64,000 nucleotides of DNA from positions 14,694,001 to 14,758,000 of the forward strand of contig OZ038378.1 in NCBI GenBank assembly GCA_964036045.1. Direction: 5' to 3'. Under the pieces are notes generated by a model. The model saw nothing but the letters and a program-made list of their open reading frames with translations. It made no database searches and was not told where the DNA came from. This DNA is from Eutreptiella sp. 'Long Island Sound 2002' (lineage: Eukaryota; Protista; Euglenida). The position numbers and the translations under genes are program-made. Positions 1 to 11,099 of this stretch are shown here, piece after piece. The first letter of the stretch is position 1. Every line of letters starts with the position of its first letter.

Positions 1-1930
1 GTTGCTGACATTTGCGACACTTGAAGGCCTACGCGGGAGCACCATTTGCTACCCCACGGACGGAGCGGGAAGCCTACCTGATCCCGGTCTTGATGCACCC
101 AATGCCGACTACCCCATTGTTGCACCTGCCAATCATACCCATGCCCTGCCCTCCATGTTCCCAAGACCGGGGTTACCGACGACTTGATGGGGACATCAAT
201 GGGAACACCATGCAACCCGGGGGGCGGGTCCCATCCGTCCCTGTTACCTTGTGCCCCCAAGTGGTGATGGGGATTCACGCGTCCCCACCTGCATTCTCCC
301 ATCTCCATATGGACCCTAGGCGTGCATCACCTACGCCATCATCCGGCATGTTTAGGGCTAGTGATCCCATGACTACGACACCCTGCTGTACTTGTCTTCT
401 ACTCTACTTCTATTCTACACACGGCGCATCCACAAGTAGACTGTGGCACCCTCCACATTCTCCTCCCCAATGGGAATATGTTCCACCTGAAACACCTCCC
501 AGGAGTCTAGTTGAAGACCCCACCCTTTCTACATGCACCACTTTTTCAGCCTGCTCAATGCGTGCAGTGATGCACGGCATGGGGAGTATGACACCGTGGG
601 TGCCCATTACCAGAATGGGCATTGTCACTCTGGCCCACTCCTGCTCCCACTCACTAGGGGATGGGCACTGATGTGATGACACAAGACATTGCATGTTTCA
701 AAGATGCTTATTTTCTCGAGATGATTGCCGATTGCTGCTCGTCGGAGGGCATCATGGACAAGCGGTGCCCAAACAAGGACAACCTTGTACCCCTCATTGC
801 GCAAGCATGGGCTTGTCCAAGCATGGTGACCCTGTTTGACTATCGTTTTCCTGCTTTTTTCCAACTATGGTTTTGGTAATCAGAGATGTAACATGACACA
901 GTTATCCCGTTTGTGTAGGCCGAACACGGAAAAGGAATGTTGAGACCATCGCTCACCGACTCTCTAGATCTCCGCTTGCCACTATGAGACGTGAAGGGTG
1001 GGAACCCACATGGTGCAACGCTATCACCATCACTCTTTCTAGAGTCATAATGGACGAGCAATTACAGAGTGGCGCACGGTGCTCATTGAGCCGGGGAGGT
1101 TCGTGATCAACCAATGGTGGTTGTCGGTGGATTGAAAGGGGATTGACCGCTGTTACTCGATCGCACACAAATTGGATCCCTGTGAAAACAAACACGAAAC
1201 GGACGCTTCTCTGCGTGTCACGCCGTGTCGGGGACACTTCATTGCGTGCCACACGGTGTGTGGGGGTATGCACTCTGCCCCAACACACCGGCCCGGTTAG
1301 TTGACGTTAGTTGGAACCTGGTTAGTGGACGGAGCAGCCGCGCCAAGCGGTGTATTCCCGCTTGCAATAGCGACAACACACACACCAAGGTGCGTGCGCC
1401 ACACTCCAGCAAAGGCACCGGCATCTAGTCGCAACTGAGGACCCTTGCAAGGCCTAGGCCCCCCCTTGTGCACCTGTGGTGCCTCCCCAGGCAAAAGGCA
1501 TAGAGAGGGCTTCATAGGTCACTGGCCAAGCCACTAGTCTCGTCCGGGAAGTGGCCTCGGCACTCCTACTGCCATGACCAACAGCTAGAGCACCACCCAA
1601 TAGCCATAGGCCCTGCCACAACCTAAGGGCTAGACATATAAGGGGCTGGGTTGGCTTGGGGACGAAATTTACAACATGTTCTCGTCTTCCCCCTCCCCTA
1701 TGGCCGCAGCACTATCACCGGCCGCATCGTCTCCTTCACCAATGGTCTCGTCGCCCATGTTGTTGCTTGTGGCCACCGCCACTAGTGTCTCCTTGCCGGG
1801 ACACCTAGTCACCTACTCCTCTGAGTCGTCTGGTGGCGTACAATCACGCAAAAGGTGGTCTCGCGGTCCCACTAGGCGGTAGCGCTCCCCGCTGCCGCGT
1901 ATCCTTGGCTGGCAACGTGGCCCAAGCCCA

Positions 1931-1974
1931 CCCAAGCGGGACGCCCTCCAGACCCAAGCGGGACGCCCTCCAGC
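1931..1974. repeat. 22-bp tandem duplication (CCCAAGCGGGACGCCCTCCAG[A/C]) x2
   Basis: Seen directly: copies start at 1931 and 1953, inside a GC-rich decayed TE-like stretch. Confidence 0.9.
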
Positions 1975-2329
1975 TCTAGCCCCATCGGCGGACGCAGATG
2001 CGCCTAGGGGAGTCCCCTTGAACAAACCCGCGAATAGCGGATTGAAGTCCTCATCCATCGACACGGTGGCCCAGGCCCTCGGCACCGGACCTTGGTGTTG
2101 GGGGGGCGGGGTCAGCCACATGATGTGGGCCACAAGGGGGGGACTGGCTGTCGGAGGGGGCAGTTTTATACTCCCTCAAGATGCCCACTCACGCAGAAAA
2201 GCATTGAGACCAAGACCACCGGGAGATCTTTAGAGGCTTCCACCCAGGTGCCATGCACCGCTGCCTCCATGGGGGGGCACCGGGGGAGTTCCGCCCCCGA
2301 GAGAGGGCTGAGGCAGTTTTGGGGCTTAC

Positions 2330-3400
2330 CGGGGAGGGGGGGGCATGGCCTAGGCTACGTGGGCGTAGCGGTCACATCGTGGGTCACATTGGGTGCTCAA
2401 AGACTCATTTTGCCACCAAATGATTACCCAAACCCGTCTTAAAGGGGGGGGGGGGTACAAAGGATTTCGGAACAAGTCAAATTTTCAAAAATTCTTTCAA
2501 GTGCCATAAAGCAGCCTGAAGGACAGTAATTTTGGGGCTTTTGGGGGGCCCATGGCCCAGGCTATATGGGCCTAGCGGCTACTATGTGGGTCCCTAGGGG
2601 TGCTTAAATACCCATATTGTCATCCAACAATCACCGAAACCCAACCTAGGGCGACAAAAGGGCTTGGAAAAATTTTGCCATTAGAAAAAAATTTCCACTG
2701 CCACTAAGTAGCCTAAACAACAATAATTTTGGGCACAACTCCTTTTAACGTTTGTAGGCCCATGTAAATAGGTAGAGGGGGGGAGGGGGGGGGCCAAGCT
2801 GAGTTTCCATACAAGTACCCCTCCTATGGAGCACGGTGGCCGAGAGGCACTGACACAACAGCAACTTTCAGGCTTACGGGTGGCCCATAGCTTGGTCTAC
2901 GTGGGTGTAGCGGCCACTACGTGGGTCTCCATGGGTGCTCAAGAACCGGTATTGTCACCAAATGATCACCAAAACCCGTCCAGGGGCGATTAAAAAAATT
3001 TGACTTTAGGAAAAAGTCGAATTTTTGAAGGTTCTTAGGTGCCACTAAACAACCTAAACAACAGCAATTTTGAGGCTTTTGAGGGCCCATGGCTCATGCT
3101 ACATGGGCCTAGCAGCCACTGCAGAGTACCGGTGTTATCATTGAACGATCACCTAAACCCATCCGAGGGGCGACAGGAGGGCTTTGAAAAAAGGCGAATT
3201 TTGAAATTTTTCAGGTGCCACTAAAGAGCCTCAAATCCAGCAGTTTTGGGGCTTTCACAGGGCCCATGGCCCGGGCTATATGGGCCGAGCAGCCACTATG
3301 TGGGTCCCCATGGGTGCTCAAGTACACGCATTGCCACCAAATGATCACCCAAACCCATTCTAGGGGTAACAAATGGGTTTGAAAAAAGAGTCGACGTGTT
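2330..3400. repeat. Degenerate ~190-330 bp tandem array, probably internal or subterminal repeats of a non-autonomous DNA transposon
   Basis: The motif CCACCAAATGATCACCCAAACCC (with variants) recurs at 2413, 2621, 2955, 3138 and 3334. Most copies follow GGGCCTAGCGGCCACTA(C/T)GTGGGT...GGGTGCTCAA and all precede A-rich tracts. TE origin is inference. Confidence 0.75.
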
Positions 3401-3500
3401 TAAACAAATTCAAAAACCATTACTTGTCGGCCTAGTTCTCGTCGAAAATTGATCAAAATTCATTTACCAATGATCGCCGCCCGGGGGCGGAGTATAGCAC

Positions 3501-4725
3501 ATTGAACCAATTGTCCCCAACCCCGCTACCAACAAAAAGTTGTTATCCGCTTAGCATGCTTCCAAGCAGGGTGCTCCCTTAGCATGTGTGGCCATGGCCA
3601 TGTGAACATGACACTAGAGTGGCAATTGGCCTTGGAAAACCGGGTGGCACCCCACATGGACCTCAGGACAAGGATCTCGAGCTTGGCAAGGTCACACTCC
3701 GAGACCGGTGCCAAGGCCACGCCATGGAGCGCCACGGGTGTGGCTCGGGTGCTGACCACCTACATCCCACGGTGAAAGACCGGCAAAGGAGGGAGGCGGT
3801 ACAGCGCCCTGTGGCCCTCCTCCACCCGTTTGTCGAGCACCCGCCTCATGTGTCACCACCCGCCAACGACCACGTCCGACCCGAGCTAGCGGAAGCAGTC
3901 CACCACCGGCAGGCCTGCCCGCAGAGTAGGACCGCCGGGGCTGCCGCCTCACCTTGCATCGAAGAGCAAGACTTGTACACGCGGACGTCCTCCCCGTGAC
4001 TTGGAGTAACTCCTCCGTGGCCAACGTCATGCCTTGGAGGGCCGCACTTCCAAGGGGCACCGCCTAGGTGTTGTCAACGGTGTTGTCAACGTAGCTGGAC
4101 GAGCCAAGGCCGCATACCCCGCGCCCAGGCCGGCGGCAATGGCTCTACGGGATACCGCTCGTCCTCGGAGTCAACGTCCGCCGGGACCGAGGGCAGCACT
4201 ACCATGGCCATGCAGACCTGGAGGCGGGGGGAGTCAACCTCCCAATTCCAGATCGTGGTGAGGAAATTCACCAGGATCGTTGACAGGGGACACCCCTGCA
4301 GGATCCTGTTGTTGGTCATCCAGCACACTCCTGGGCAGCCTGCCCCCTTGAAGGCCTGGCGCAGCTGCTCGTACATGGCCTGCAAGCCTATGCAGGTCCC
4401 AAGGTCCATGCCGAGCTCAAATGCAAGGGCCAACACCACGCGCTAGGGGATGAGATCAAAACACTTGACACAATGGATGCTCATTGCCGCCACCGCCCAG
4501 CGCCAGAGGCGGCAGAGCGCCGGGTGGACATTGGTCACCGCCGCCTTGTCGAGCGCGGCGCGCGTACTGCGGTGTGCCCAGCCCTCCTGCCATTGGATGG
4601 CATCCACCAAGCGGACGCTCACCAAGAGGCGGCACGGCATGGAGAGGACCATGAGGGGCCGCGTGTTCAGCGGCCCCGGCGGTCCCTCATTGTGAGTGGG
4701 GGCAATGTAGCCCTCCACCAAGGGG
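3501..4725 (-). mobile_element. 5'-truncated, decayed non-LTR retrotransposon (LINE) reverse transcriptase
   Basis: Minus-strand translation gives RT motifs in order: NTRPLMVLSM (RP motif), MSIHCVKCFDLIP (DxxKAFD), ILQGCPLSTILVNFL (QGxPLS) and YVDNT (YADD). Stops and frameshifts are present. The 3' end finishes TTGGTTCAAT at 3501. Confidence 0.85.
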
Positions 4726-7700
4726 GAGCATCAGCAGGCTTGGTGCTCCACCTCCCTCGGCAGCTCTTCCAGCCACCCAGGAGGACGTCTAGGGGGGCGC
4801 GTAGCTCTGCCAACCTCCAGCAATTCAACCCCAATCTGTGCTGCAATGCAGCAACTGTCCATTCAGCAAAGGAAGAACCAAAAAAACAACCATGGTGAGT
4901 TGTACCTGTAACGACTATCACGCACATGACCTCCTGCATCCTGAAACAGCTGCACCTCGGGGGGTAATGATGTCCAGTGCATAAACAAGAGAATTAAACC
5001 ACTGTCAGACTCCATACAGATGTACAAATCAATGAACAAGATGGTCCTGATTCAATTTCTGGGTGCATTATTTACAATTAAATTGGAATGGCTGCTACCA
5101 GAAGGAAAAACATGGGCCCATCACATCAGGCATTTGTTCATATATTCTGCGCCCCTGTATTTTTGCATGCTCCTGCATGAGTCACATGGGCCTGTTCAAC
5201 ATAGTCATCGACATAGTACTGACACTATCCAGAAGCTTGAGTGCATGCTTCATTCCAGCCACGAACGTATGGCGTGCCACCTGAGTCTTGGAAGAAGATA
5301 TTTGCACTCAAAATACAGTTGAGAGAAGTCCAAAACGTACTGCAGGATATTTACCTGGGATGCTGACCACAAGGATGGTCTTTCAGCCACCTTGTCATGG
5401 CAGCAGAATCGTGCATGGGTGTACATTTGAAGGTCAGAGAAATGGACAGGGAGGGATTGGATTAGATACTGGGTATATGTCATGGTATCACAGAGGCGGG
5501 TGTTGGAAAGCAAAGCAACTTGAGTGGTGGAACCATCAAATTGGACTATGGGGTGGGATATGAGGGTTGCGGCAGAGAAGGACAAGGATACTGTCCAGGT
5601 CCCCTACAGACGTGAGAAACTGATTGGGTTCCTTCTTTGGACAAGGTCATTGATACGCACTGTGCGCAAATGCTGCGAACACAGCACCACAGAAAACATG
5701 GTGCAAAAAGAAGCACAGTTCGGCCGGATCCCCATCTTTGGTGCCTGTCCTAAACCAGGGCCCAAGGGGAGGGGGTAAGTGGGTAGGGGAGGAACACAAT
5801 TGATGTTGCTTTCATCCTCCGAACCGAGTGAGGCTTCCTCCTGAGGTCGGGTCCATCATGATCGTCTGTCCTGCAATGTGTAAATTCACAGGTCTAACCC
5901 CCAATACATTAGCATGAAATGGGGCTGCATGGCCTATGGTGCCTTTGGGGAGCGCCTGCACCAAGACTTCCACAGATGGACTTTTGTTGTCACAAAAGCA
6001 GGGCAGAACGTTGGGCCTTTGGCCGCATCATGACTGATGTGCTCTGCCTCGATACACAATCAAATCGGAGGGCGGGGGCCAGATCTGAGGGTTGAGGCAG
6101 CGTATACAAACAATGTGACGAACGCTGTAGGAACATGGCATCTCTTACTCTGGTATGGACCTGGGCCTCGCTGTCAGGCAAAAGCCAGCTCAAAATACCT
6201 GAATCACTACAACGCGGTAGGGACCTCCCTCCTGACGGGTGCTCTCCCTGAAGGACGTCCATGACGCCCCTTGCCGGCGAGCAGGACCAAAAAACAAAAC
6301 GACCACCGAAGAGTCAATCAGGGGCTGATTGCTGTCGTGGTACGAGGGTAGAGAGATGACCCCACGCACTTTGGGCGATGCCCCAACTATCGTCTATCAT
6401 CAAAATCGTGCGATGAAGGCGGTGGCACTGGGCATTGAATGGAAGTCTGTCGTTGAGTGAAGCGAGAAACAATCCTACCCACCGCAATGAATGGATTGTC
6501 GAAACTTGTGGCACGCAGCACTACAAGAGCCGGTATAGCAAGTTTCATGGTAATGCGCATTTTGTGTGATGTCTTGCAGATTCACAGAGTTCTGCTATTT
6601 GATTGTTGCAGGGACCTCTTTCAATGCCAGGCAACCCGGACACATCAAGGCAACCCGGCTGAGGCGAGTGGGCAGCCCGACCGTCCCTGACGAAGTGCTC
6701 CTAGGTGACAACCTCCTGCGCATGTCTGTGTGTGTGTTTGTGCGCAAGTGTGTGTATGTGTGTGGGGTTGGGAGGGGAGAACCATATTACGGAGGGACAC
6801 CAGCATGGGTCAGCGGGGTCAGCTCATATATGGGATTACCGGCCACACTGGGTCGGGCAGAGAACCTGTTGTGGTAGAGGGTTGTGTGTGTGTGTGTGTG
6901 TGTGGTTGGGTGCAATATTAAGGAACTCAGTCAACATAGACCTGCAGGACAATATAAAGATCAGAAGGTTCAGACCTTTGCACAGCTCGCCCAGCCAAAG
7001 GCAATGGGCTTGAGACACCGTCCCTGCTTGGGACTGGAACCCGCCTTGCTGATGCGTGATCAAGTGTGTTCGGTGGCTGCACGTGCACACTGTGCCCCCT
7101 CCCTGGGGAGGGGGTGTGCCACCGCGCTGTGTGTCTTGCCGCCTCCGAGTCCTGGCGTGGGGTTGGGTCCCATCGGGGACCTGTTGTGCCACTGTATTCC
7201 ATTCATTTCGATGGGGCTGGAAACGCGCTAAGAAACGCGGACAGTGCACCACAGTGCCGTAGAGTTTTGTATGATTGAGCCCAGGGACAATACCCTCTCC
7301 CAAGACATGGGTTTGGAAATATGTGTGTGCGTCTGTGTGTCCGCCCGCTTTTAAGAATATACAGTGTCTCTGGTCACACACACACACACACACACATGAG
7401 CCATACCTCTGACAAAGTGGACCTTTCCACAGAGTTGCTCTCGGGCAGCAGCGAGGTGGAAGGGGGGCTTATACTCGTGGCGGTCGCATCCGACTTGCTG
7501 CCATGTGGACCAGCAAAAACGGTTCAGCCGGATACAACCCTCGCGTCATGCGCTCTTTGATAACACCTCGTCACTGCTCCAGATGGCACCGCCCCCCCAA
7601 ATGCTGTACAGCTCGGGAATATGAAACGTGACGAGCCCCTGCATTCTGTACGCTTGGTGATGCGCAGGCGCGACCCAGCCGGATGCCGTCCAGCATACCA

Positions 7701-8956
7701 TACCCGTGAACACCATACCTCACAGCTCAGTGGGATACATCCTGCACGATGCCCCACTGAACCCATCCCGGTCCCCTCACCAGGCCCTCACAGGACTTAT
7801 ACAGGGGTTACACAACTTGAGGCAGCACAGGCGACCTCTCACACAGTCCCTACCCCCATAGATGACGTCCATGACATCCATCCTTTATCGCCACCCCAAC
7901 CCCGCACTCTGACTCTCAATGCTGCCCTCTTGGCCAGCGATGCGGCGTTTGAGTTAGTGGTGTTCCCATTCGAGTGTGTGTTTCAGAGTAGCATTCCGTT
8001 TCTCCGCATGCTGCGGGAGATTCTCTTTGTAAGCAGGTCTCGCGTTTTCCATCGCGCCTGACTAGCTCCACAGAACCTTGTACCGTGTGTCTTACTGTCA
8101 TCCGCCTTGCAATACCGTTTGGGAAGTATCTCAATACACCTCGAGACAAGGGTCTTCTTCGTGCGCAAGCGGCTGCGGCACAGCGAGTTTAGTCGTCGTG
8201 AACCTAAAGAGAAGGGGACAAGAGGAGGGCACGTGGTTCCTGGGGCAAATAACGTGCGCATGAGATGTCATTCAACAAGCCCCCGAAAATTACACAGTGA
8301 GGGTACAGTGAACGAAAAGCGTCCGCAAAGAACACGTGTAGGTGACCACACCGCACGCACTGCGCAAACCACACGGACTGGGCAATGGACTATGGAAAAC
8401 ACACCCCCTGCGCACGGCACACAGAGTGTGCAATAATACCCGCACCGTCAGCGGAGGGAAACAGAGGCAACAGGATCCACATGCAGAGCTGATAGCAAGG
8501 GGCCCTGATGCGGTGGGCAGTGCGTCAGCACGCAGCAAAGTATACGTGCCACGTGGAGAGTCTCCCCGTGAGATCCAACCCCCTGACCCCGGACCTCTTC
8601 CCCTCGCAAAAAGGCTCTTAACTCCGGTTGGGCCTCGGCTTCACAAGTGCACAGGGGAAGCCAACAAACACACCCCGTGCTACCCACGACCGCATTCTCA
8701 ACTCAGGTCAGACATATCTCTCAGGGACGGCGGGTTTCATGCCAGCTTCGTGGGTTGTTGCTGGTCACCGTCATTCTTGCCTTATTTGTGCCCACTGGGT
8801 GTTCCGGAGGTAGGGGTATGTGGGGTATATTCAGAAAGCCCTTGAAAGGGGCTTTTTGGAACACCCTGGGTCTGCATGCTGTACTGACGACATGTTCGAG
8901 ATTTTCGTCCATTTTGGACGGTGCCTGTGTTGCTCGCTGCCTCTTTTTGTCAACAG

Positions 8957-9620
8957 GCAACTACCATGTCTACATACAAATTCACTCCACGGGCTGTTGC
9001 TTCCCTAGATGCACCACAAAAGCCTTTGGTTCGCAAAGGGGCACGCTCTGGGGGTGAAACCTGGAGGAAGGTGACTCAGGAGCCTGCCAGGCAGGCCAAG
9101 AAGCCTTGTACCACCGGTTCACAGCAACCTTCATGCACCCACAAGGAGCACGACATTCTGACGACCGCTGAGGCCACCGCTTTTGCTGCCCAGTTTTGGG
9201 ATCGAAAGACACACCCCACCAAGGCTGCGCAACATGAATTTTTGGCCACATGCATTGACGTTGATGTGGATAAGAACGTCAAATACAACAATTACCAGAA
9301 GTACACCAGAAAAAGGGGTCATCGAACGAAATATTTCGTACCGTACCGGGGTATGCGTCGGCAGATTTGCAAAGCACAATTCCTACACTATTTCAACATT
9401 TCACGCTTTGTGACCCCCCCCCCCAACCCATACATTTCTGAAATGGCGTTTTCTTGCAGATTTCAAAAAGTATACACATACCACCCCCCCCCCCCAGGTG
9501 ACGACATGTTTGCACATGGAAGCAATTGTAGAAAATGCCGAAAAGTGCCAAAACCCACGAAGTTGGCATGTTCTGTCTGTCCCCGAGAGATATGCGTCTG
9601 TGGAGCCTGTGCGCACCACA
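8957..9620 (+). mobile_element. Transposase-derived coding segment: Sola/DUF7869-like N-terminal region followed by a Cys-rich finger
   Basis: Acceptor TTTTTGTCAACAG| at 8956. Translation ...CTHKEHDILTTAEATAFAAQFWDRK...QHEFLATCID...RGHRTKYFVPYRGMRRQICKAQFLHYFNISR matches from memory the C..FW..Q..F...R..Y..VCK..FL...IS pattern of Sola-type transposases. It is followed by NCRKCRKVPKPTKLACSVCPREICVCGACAHH. The family call was not checked by search. Confidence 0.55.
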
Positions 9621-10404
9621 GCCCCCCGCCATGCGCACCCCTGCAGCCACCCCCCCCCCCCCCCACCGGGGTTGCTTTGGAGCGCACGGTGTGGGGCCCT
9701 GTTACACAGCGCGTAGTGTGATGCACGTTGCGGTTGAGACGTATTGTAGGGGCCATTGTGCGCTGTGCCGGGGCTGTGGGCCTTGACAAACAGTTTGCGT
9801 TCAGAGCTTTGGATACGGCACAGCAGGTACATACCACAGACAAGATTTTGACGTGAGTGGACGACCCCATTAGAGATGCGGCCAACCGAACCTCTGGATG
9901 ATCGAACTTTGTGCAAACGTAGGGTTTGTACATTGGCCTGGAAATCTCAAGCGTTTGATTTTCCTGAAGATATGGGGATGGGCCACAGGGTTTCGACTGG
10001 GGCACAGCTGAAAGCACTGTCTGGGAGACGGCGCTTCGGCTAAGCGAAGCGCAATTGGCTCAAGACAATGCAGAAATTGTTCGACCGCATGGAGCGTCAC
10101 ACGGGCAGAGCCATACGTAGCCAAACGTAGTCACACACAGGCAGCGACCGCCGCACATAGTCACAGACCGCCAGACACAGCCACGGTCACACATCACAAC
10201 GCTGCAGAGGGCGAGCGGGCACCATATCGACAATGAATTGCAATTCAATGTCCTTACAATTGACGTCCCGGGGCCAACTATCCAACGACTGTCCATTGCG
10301 GCTGGTCCCGAATGACCCGTGCTGATTGATGCCTGATAAAAGGGACAAGGGGGGGGGCATTGGGGACTGTCCACGTCCTTCTGCAACATCCCGTCTGCGC
10401 ATAC

Positions 10405-10500
10405 GGCGCAGGGCAGGGCACAGGGGCAAAGCACAGGGGGCAGGGCACCGGGTGTAAGGCAGAGGGTGTAGGGTACAGGGCAGGACACGGGACACAGGAC
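10405..10500. repeat. Degenerate (AGGGCAC)-like low-complexity repeat; related tracts at about 16560-16800 and 19310-19630
   Basis: Runs such as GGCGCAGGGCAGGGCACAGGGGCAAAGCACAGGGGGCAGGGCACC are visible directly. Confidence 0.6.
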
Positions 10501-11099
10501 ACCCCCCGTGCGGGGCCATCCATCCCCGTGCTGTACATTGCCCTCGCTCTGCCTGGCACAGGCGGGCGCATCCGCATGTGCACGCTCTTTCCTGCGTGGC
10601 CGTTGCTGCTTTGGCCTGCATGCATTGCCTGCCTCTCTCTCCAGGCCCTTGCTTCGTTGCCTATCGTCCGCTCACCCTCGCCCTCGCCCTCTCTCTCTGT
10701 TCAAACGGGTGACAGCCGACCCCACTCACCGCCCCGCCTCTCTTCCAGTTGGCGGGTGTGCCCGGCTTCACCCAGCGCGACAAGACTCCTGCCCAGGGGG
10801 CGCCGTGCTGCTGTGGCTGACAATACGTGCTGCAACCGCTGCCTGGACTACCCCGTGTCACTGGCGGCGCGGGCAGACACCCAAGTCACATCCATGACGT
10901 CGCTTCAGTGACCATTCTTCCGTTGTGCACGTGCCGGTCGCGGCGACCCAGTTGTGGCCACGGGCATTGGGGGGCGCTGGGCTGCCACACCCCAACCATC
11001 CCCGACTCGGGGGGTGGGGTCAGAGCCCACCAAAGATCAATCACCGAAGATCAAGCCGATGGGGCTGAGGCCTCGTGCGCAGGTGCAGGCTGCGGGTGA

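Noticed and set aside
1-880. 219-aa and 72-aa ORFs at the window start (HLKAY similar to a retroviral integrase end)
   Set aside because: Low-complexity Pro-rich translation, a single weak motif and no supporting domains.
2330-3400. Conserved core with variable spacers, superficially CRISPR-like
   Set aside because: Spacers are 160-310 bp and homologous to each other, so this is a degenerate tandem array.
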